From: the human T2T-CHM13v2.0 reference genome, Homo sapiens
Reading direction: 5' to 3' (one strand)
Assembly (NCBI RefSeq): GCF_009914755.1
Contig: NC_060932.1
Length of the DNA: 64,000 nucleotides
Below the pieces are notes generated by a model. That model had not been told where the DNA came from. It did not search any database and worked only from the letters and a program-made list of their open reading frames with translations. This document shows positions 56,200-64,000 of the stretch, piece after piece; position 1 is the stretch's first letter; every line of letters begins with the position of its first letter. The translations under genes were made by a program, and so were the position numbers.

Positions 56200-59030
56200 A
56201 AAGATTATAAGACCTAGTCCCCCAAACTCAAGAATTCCACTCTCTGTTGAGGGAAACCTGAAGGGAAATAATTGTGATACAATGTAACAAGTTTATTAAA
56301 AGTTATAATTATGTAATAAAATGGGGAAATGCAAGAAGAAACTAAAATTAGTTTTATTGGGTTATGGAGGAACGATTCAGTAAGAATATTTTTAGATTTG
56401 ACATTTGACTTTGAAAGGTATGTAGAAATAAGACGGAAAAAAATATAGAAGTGATGAGGAATGGTAGCTTTAAGTCATTTCATGCAAGGGAAGTAGGTAG
56501 ATACAGAGAAACAGTACTCTCAGGAAATACAACTAGTTGGGTGGGGGCTGGGGTACATGAGAAAGTGGGGGGAAATGAACCCAGAAGAGGAATTCAGTCC
56601 ATATTAGGATGAAAATTGTATACTATGCTGAGGAGCCTGTTCTTCACAATATGGGCAAAGGAAGCATTAAATGTGTTCTGAGTTTCAGAAAAGAAATAGA
56701 GTGACATTGTAGAGAATGGACTGAAAGGAGAGGAAATAGAAACAGGCCATTCAGAAGGGTGCTCACAGCACTCACTTATTCAACAAGGAAGCATTTACAG
56801 AGTACTTGTTATGAATAAGCATGAAGCTGGAGAAACAAAAATAATAATGGGGATACAGAAATTTAAAACATGGTCCTAACTTCAAGAAGCTCACTATCTT
56901 GTAGACGTGGGGTAAGGGGAGATAAGGATAGCTAAATAAACAACACTATTAAAACGTCATGTGACATGTGCTTTAATACAATGTGGATCAAATAAGAAAT
57001 GTAAAAGCAAAATAAGAAATATAAGAGCAAATGTAGAACAGATTTGGAAAGAATGTGTATTCAGGTTGAGGCTTACTGAAATTTAATTGCCTGTGGGATA
57101 TCTGCATAGACCTTGCTAGTAGTATTTGGAATACAAGTTTAAAGCTCAGGTGAGGTAGCTGACTTAGAGATATATATTAGACTGCCTCCTATGTATGACT
57201 GATTGTTGAGCATATGGCTGTGAATGAGGTCATCTAATGAGTAAGTAAAATTACAAGTGAATCAAGAATGCAGTCATTAGAATCTTTTCAGAGTGTAAAA
57301 TACATTACAGTATTTATTCAAAATATCCACTGCCCTTTCCTACTGAATGCATCTCTACCAAATGTGCCCTTACCAGCTCTGTCCCTGAGGGAAAATTAGA
57401 ATTCTTGCCTCATTAAAGTAAAGCTTTGTCCTGTGATTTTCTTTGGCCAGTGAAATGTGAGTGAAAAGAACATTAACCACTTCTGTGCAAAACTTTAAAA
57501 CCCACAACATGGCTCTGCCTTCTTTCTTTTTAGTGCCTCAACACCAGCAAGGAGCCCAGAGTGAAGAGCCAAAGGCAGCTCATGATGAACATATAACTTC
57601 AGCTGAAAATAAACTGAGATTCTGGAGGTTGTCACAATAAAATAATTTTGTCAAAGCCAAATAATATAGTATGGGTAAAATGAAAAATGAAAAGAAGTAT
57701 AGTAAACCAAATGGCAGTGATGATATAGAAATTAAATTTTGAGATATATGGGATATAGAATCAGTAGAACTTTAAACTATTTGATGTGTGGAATTATAAA
57801 TAAGTCCACAATGACTTTGAGATTTTTAGCCTGAGTGGCTGTGAAAAGGTGACAGACATTATTGTAGGGCAGAAAACCCCATTACTGCTTTTATTTCAGA
57901 AATGGCATTCAAATGCACTTTGGAAGTGGAGGAAAAAAAGGGGAGAATTTAGATGTTGACATTTGGATATATTTTGTTTAAGATGCCTCTGGTATATCAG
58001 GTGGAGATACCTGCTTGGCAGTGGAATACATGGGCCTGGGGTTCTGAATGGGGGCTGAGCAGAGTGAGACCACCCAGGGAGAATGTGTCCAGTACAAAAA
58101 GGATTGAGGATGAACTTTGTGGAGGAAACTAATTTTTAAGAGAACAACAAAAGAATAGAGAGTAAAATAAACTTAATAGAAGTAGTTAGAGAAATAGGAA
58201 TAAAACATGGAAAAGTGATGTTTGTGTGCCAAAAAAAGATATTTTAAGAAGTATAGTCAAATGTGTACACCGCTGCAGACAAGTAAATGAAACAAAAACT
58301 TTTGAGAGATTATTGGTGTTTACAAGGAAGACATATGTTGGAGTAGCACATTACAAGGAAGACATTCTAAAATCTGTACCTGAGATGATAACCTCACATG
58401 ATCAAAACCATCCTAAGACATCTCTCAAATTGCCTTTATGTCTTCAGTATTTGGGTTCTGGAAACTCAAAAGCCGAGAATTAAATTATATATTTTCTCTG
58501 TGTATTGAAGCTACAGTGCATTTTCCTCCTGGTTAGAAGAGGCCAAAGCCTGATTCAAAGGAGGTTGAGGGTATAGAAATGAAGAATTATTTCTCTCCCT
58601 TCTTTTGACCTAGAAGGAATAAATTCCAAAAAGTGGTAAATTCACCTTTGCAGGAATTTCATTGTAAGTCACTGATTTTTAAGAGGTAGGCTTCAATGGT
58701 GTGGTAAGTGTGGAAACCTGATGGTAATGAGGAGAGAATTGAGGGTAATGAAGTGAAGAAAGCAGGTGCAGAGAAATGAGGCAATATTGTCCAGGGAGTC
58801 AAGGTTGCAGGGAGGTCATTTTAGGAATGGGTATGGTGGGTATGGTGAGCATGCTTGTTGGCTGAAGAAAGGAAGCCAGGGGAAAAGTTGAGATTGAAGA
58901 CACGGGAGAGAGAGGAGATAATTGATGGGAAAAGGTTCCAGGTGAGAGAGGCGGGGACTGCACCAAGAATAAAATTAAAGCAAATAGCATGTCACAGAGC
59001 ATAGCAGAACAGTACCTCTTCCTCTAGAAT
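56200..59030 (-). mobile_element. series of L2 fragments (interrupted by an MLT1J-like LTR)
   Basis: ttcaagaagctcactatc; aatgactttgagatttttagcctgag; ttggatatattttgtttaagatgcct...ggtggagat. Confidence 0.55.
57305..57668 (+). mobile_element. MLT1J-like LTR
   Basis: ctgtgattttctttggccagtgaaatgtgagtgaa...aaataaactgagattctggaggttgt. Confidence 0.55.
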
Positions 59031-59451
59031 CTAGATAGAAAAAAAGGAAGAAAATGTAAATCACTCATTATGCAAATAAACTTTATATTAGCCTTAAGAG
59101 AAATTATGTGAAAGTAATTTGTAAACCCTCAAGCACTGAAACAAATGTTAGCCACCTTAGTATTTTTTTAAATTTTCATGTAGATGAGTTATCAGGAATG
59201 CAGACTGAAGCATGGGGCAGGGTCAGCAATGGAAAGTCTCTTTGAGAATTACCTGTAGAGAAGTGATAGGTAAACAAATTAGAATTGAAAGAAAACTCCT
59301 GAGTAAGAGTATAGAGGAATAAACACTGAGCTTATTCTCTCTGTAGAAACTGGTCAAGGACAATGACACAAAAATCCAGTGCTCATTAGAAGTTGGAAAA
59401 ATTAGACAATTTAGTATCAGGCAGAGTGTCATTGAAAGGGAGGAAACCCAG

Positions 59452-59815
59452 TGTGTTAGTCTGTTTTCATGCTGCTGATAAAGACATACTGGACGCTAAG
59501 CAATTTATAATGAAAAGGAGGTTTAATGGAGTCACGGTTCCATGTGGCTGGGGAGGCCTCACAATCATGGTGGAAGGTGTAAGGCATGTCTTACATGGCA
59601 GCAGGCAAGAGACAGAATAAGAGGCAAGCCAAAGGGGAAGCCCCTTATAAAATCATCAGATCTTATTAGACTTATTCCCTACCACAAGAACAGTATGAGG
59701 GAAACTGCCCCAATGATTCAATTATCACCCACTGGGTCCCAATCACAACACATGGGAATTATGGGAGCGACAATTCACGATGAGATTTGGTTGTGAACAC
59801 AGACAAACCATATCG
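59452..59815 (-). mobile_element. THE1B solo LTR
   Basis: THE1B-like sequence throughout; perfect 5-bp TSD cccag at 59447-59451 and 59816-59820. Confidence 0.95.
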
Positions 59816-60304
59816 CCCAGTACTGGAATGATTCCAACCCAGCACCTGGCACAACACCCAGCTGCAGCAGATAGGCTCATGCAATAAATGTTTATGGTAA
59901 ACGAGAGTAGGCGTGGTTAACAGGGTGGAATTTAGTGAACAGGAGGGCATTTGGAGACCCCAGGCTTCAATCAGACAATCCTGATTGCTGCCCCGGTTTG
60001 AAGCATGATCAGACCATAGAAAATGAAAAGTGCTCCTAGAGAACATGTGCAGAGGGCAGGTGAGGATCATAACCAGAAAAGATAAAAAGAGCCGAAGCTT
60101 TGCCTTGAGGGCAGAAACACGACAGTCAGTTCAGGGGAAGACTGAGAAGAGTAGAAGAACTAGAAGATTGAAGAAGGAAAAGGCAATCATGAAGGAAGCG
60201 AAATCCTAAAATGCAATTGTTCTCCCTGTGAACTGTGTATACCTGGCTTTACAACATGCCTCCACCAGACACTTGGCTGAGGATGTTGGTCCCTGGCTCA
60301 TAGT

Positions 60305-60338
60305 TTTTCTTTCTTTCTTTCTTTTTTTTTTTTTTTTT
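60305..60338 (+). repeat. (TTTC)n/poly(T) tract
   Basis: ttttctttctttctttc followed by a T run. Confidence 0.85.
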
Positions 60339-60589
60339 GTCCTCATTATGGCTCACAGGTGATGGCCTATAGAACAGGCTGTTCTCATGGTTACTGTAAT
60401 AGTTTTCTTTTCTACTCTTTAGCAAGTCGGTATCTATCTTACTGTTGAGAAACTTCTGCCTCTATTACTTCCTCAATCCTACTAAGTTGGAGCTTCAACT
60501 ACCCCAGGACCTCCTGTCCTTTATCAATTCTCCAAATCTCTTAGTCTCTTCACAGACATATTTTTTTCCTTCTCTCTTTTAAAACAATA

Positions 60590-61610
60590 ATTTCTGAGTG
60601 TCTACTATGTGCCGGGTTTGGGCTAAACTCATTGCATAAACTTTATCAGTTTTTCCCTCCCCCACAAATTATGACACAAGAACTATCATGCTCCTTTTTT
60701 AGCTCAAACACTTGAAGTAACTTCCCTAAGAGCTTATAAATGGTAGGATCTGGAAGTGAACAAGGCAGTCAGGACTTACAAGGTTGTATTTGTGGTCCTT
60801 ATGTTGAATATCTTTTCTAAATACTCCTTCCTTGCATAACCCGAATCTCCTGGTCAATCTTGGCACCACTGCTTACACCAACATTCTTAAATTTTTTTTC
60901 CTTCAGTTTGTTTGCACATACTAAGCCAATCCCAAATTCTGGAGCAGCTTAGTTGCCTGTACTCATCATGCCTACTTCCACGCTGCTAAGTGTTGTTGGA
61001 GAAAATTAAATAGCTGGGCTGTTTGCTTTCATTACGTTGTCATGATGTCCACCCTCAGCTAGGCCTTCACAAACACTGGCAATCCCTTCGCTCCTCTCTC
61101 GACAGCTATTTCCCATTTCCCACAGCATCTGTTCCAAATCTGTGTAGTTTTCCTCAAGTCTACTTTAATTAAAAACATTCTTAACATGGCTTACCAGGCT
61201 CTCCAAAATTTGGCTCCTTCCCACCTCACCAATCTCCCGAAGGGCTGTGTTCTCTCTTGCTTCTCTGGGCTCTAGCCACACTGATACTTTTTATTCTCTC
61301 TCTTGTCCCCTTCAGATATTCTGTTCACTATGCTTGAGAAGCCTTTCTCTTGCTTTTGTGTTTAACTCACTATTCATCTTTCAATGTTACATAATCTGAT
61401 GAGCTTTCCCTGACTTTCTGCACTAGCTTAGATTTGTAACAGTTTTAATATTCTGCTTGTTTTTAAAGGTTTGTCTGAAGCCAGCCTTTCTCTTTAAGTG
61501 GTTAAGTACATGTAGAACATGACAATATTGTCTCATTCAACTAATATCTCCCCAGCATGTGGCACAATGCCTGACCCCGGGGAGGTGCTCCATGCTTATT
61601 TGTATATTTA
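60590..61610. mobile_element. MIR(-) followed by L2(+) fragments
   Basis: ctgagtgtctactatgtgccggg (MIR-); tcttaacatggcttaccaggctctcc...ctccccagcatgtggcacaatgcctg (L2 3' end). Confidence 0.55.
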
Positions 61611-62894
61611 ACTGGAATCATACCTTTGGCATTAATAATCATATGTATTCATTTGTATTTACAGGCTGGAGAGATTTGAGATACCTCATGTATGCATAGA
61701 GTCTGTAAAGACATAAAAGGAACAGTAAGCCTGAGATTTTTCACACTGACAGTAAGTGGGGGAAGAAGAGCTTCTCAGAGTAGGTATAGGACCCAAGAAG
61801 GTATAGCAGATATGGTCCATGAAAATATGGCCCTCATGGTTTCAGCCCTGAAGAAACTGAGACGTTCTATAGAATAATATGTAAGATGGTGTCCTTTATT
61901 CAAAGAAAGGGCAAGAACTAGGATATCCAAATGCTGAAAATATGTGCCAGCCCTTGGGGTAACGGTGTTGATAATTCAAATGGCATATGCTCTACCAACG
62001 AACTGAAAGACTAAGCTATTGAAGACTGTGGAAGCTAGGACATTTTTACTCTTGTTGCATTCTCTAAGTTTATTTCTCTTGGCATGTTTTCCTCTTTGAC
62101 ATCTCTATTTATCTGGAGATTGAGGTTCAATCCTGTGTGACAAACTCAGGAACACAGTTTACTGAGAGCCAAAAGTTGCTGAGCTTGGGGAAGAGGAAGG
62201 CAAGTAAGAAACAAAATGAACAAAAGTAAACAGGTGAGGAAGCAATTGTCACAGGCATAGCAGGTCAGCTATAGGTTCAGGCCAACTTCAAAGAGACCTG
62301 ATTTATTCATTCACTCGTTTATTCAATCATAAGGGGAAGAACAGGGAGGAGATATAGCTATGAAAGTGCTGAGAAGAGACAATAGGAATAACAGACTATG
62401 TCATTTAAAGAATTTCATCCTATAACAAGGCAGGAAAGCATTTCCCTGATGATTTGTGATGTTTAACATTTTTTCTTATACCTGTCGCTTTGTCTATTTT
62501 TCAATTTGATTGTTTTCTTACTATTGAATTGAGTTCATCCCATGATAAGACAGGAAAAGTCCAGAAAACATGACCATTAGGGGACATCTCATCTTTCCCT
62601 AAGATGGTAGAGGGTCAGTAACACCACCATGGTAAACACCTAGATCTGACCACCAAGAAATCTGATCAATGCTCAGTAGTATTCCTGAAACATACAGGGT
62701 CAGAATTTAAGCAATGTGCAAGAAGTATTCTCAAACCTTCCTTGTTCACAGGGAAAGTTTACTGATCTAGTAACTACTGACATCACCTGTGTTTCTAGAG
62801 ATGGATGAACCTCCAGGCACACAACTCAACCCTAGCTGGCAGTATTTAGCAAAAAGATTTTAGAATATTTTGGTCTGCCTAGGGTGTACTGTGG

Positions 62895-63970
62895 TATATT
62901 ATTCAGGACTACTGGGGTTTCAACAGGTAGAAACCAAATGCGAACTAACTTAAGCCAAAAAGCAATGTGGGGGCTATTTATTGTTTCATAGAATTGCAAA
63001 TCTAGGTGAACATTGCTAAGTGCACAGTAATCAACCACTGGCATGGCCAGGAGTAGGGGATCAAATGATGTCACCAGGCTCTGGTCCATCTTAAAGTCTC
63101 CACTTAGCATTCCACTGAGAGGGTCCTTGTACCTCCAGCATCACTTCTTCCTTACTGTCAGTAGCCCCAATGGAAAGAGCTATATTTCTTCTCAAATTTT
63201 ATAAAAACACTGGACTTGCTTCCCAATGGCCTAGATTAGATCTTATGTGGAACCCAATCAGGGTCATGAAATGTGCTGAGTGGCTAATCGTGGACCACAT
63301 CCCAACATTTCCAGCTTAAAGTGGGTCAGCCTCATTCATATGGAGTAGACTGAGAATGTGGGGTGTGGGGGAAGTTTCCCAAGGAAAAATGGTTTACTTT
63401 TACAAGTGAAGAAGAGAAGGATTCCAAACAGGAAAAGAAAGAAAGAAAAAAAAATGATGCCCACAATAAATATATTCCAAGGAAAGGAGTTTGGTATACT
63501 GCCTGGGTGAGAGATGAAAGAAGCCGTGATGCTTCCTTTTATAAGTTAGGATGCTTGCTGTTGTTGTCGTAGTTGTTAGGAGATTCAGAAACCCATCATG
63601 AACTAACTTGAAAAGAAAATCAATTGGCTTTATATAATCCAATCATTGGAAGAGGGGGGCTGGCCTCAGGAATTGAATTCATGGTGAAAAAAAAATTATC
63701 AGGACCTTCTGCTCTCCAGCTCTTTCTCTTATTTTACTTGTTAGCTTTATTTTCTTCTACCACTGAACTTTCTTCACCTAGTGGTACACATGGCTCTCTG
63801 GACTCATATCCCTATCATTTCATCAGAAAGGAAAGGACATTTTATTATCATTTCTAGCCTGAAAAATCAAGGGAAGAAACTCACATTTAGCCAGCTGGAA
63901 TCACTTATTTATCTCTTGATCAATTAGGAAAGCAGGGTCTATCGTCAGAAGCATAGTGCTTTGCTGTATA
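62895..63970 (-). mobile_element. two old MLT1 (K/L-like) LTR fragments
   Basis: Repeated start motif agaaacc...gaactaacttaag/gaactaacttgaa at ~62930 and ~63590; end motif ttcccaaggaaaa. Confidence 0.5.
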
Positions 63971-64000
63971 GATGGTATCCACAGCACTAGTTCTCAAACT

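Noticed and set aside
58320-58365. 15-bp direct repeat ttacaaggaagacat with a 16-bp spacer
   Set aside because: There are only two copies; it is an ordinary micro-duplication and not an array.

Overview
AT-rich, CpG-poor primate (probably human) genomic DNA, either intergenic or deep intronic. I find no credible protein-coding exon, tRNA, rRNA or known ncRNA gene. The listed ORFs are Alu, L1, MaLR or CR1 read-through, or chance frames. Much of the window is transposable-element debris: 7 Alus, several L1 3' ends, L2, MIR, two CR1/L3 fragments, THE1/MST/MLT1 MaLR elements (two still LTR-internal-LTR), a MER57-type ERV env/LTR remnant and a Tigger-derived MITE. A largely TE-free stretch at ~12-25.8 kb has enhancer-like motif clusters and candidate non-coding exons. 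I see no evidence for a new biological system. The most unusual items are: a 52-bp locally templated insertion inside an Alu, an ancient CR1 ORF2 fragment with a still-open frame and retained CpGs, an ERV env remnant shaped like an L1-retroposed copy, and a ~410-bp palindromic AT tract. Repeat subfamily names come from remembered consensus sequences, and the boundaries of old repeats are approximate.
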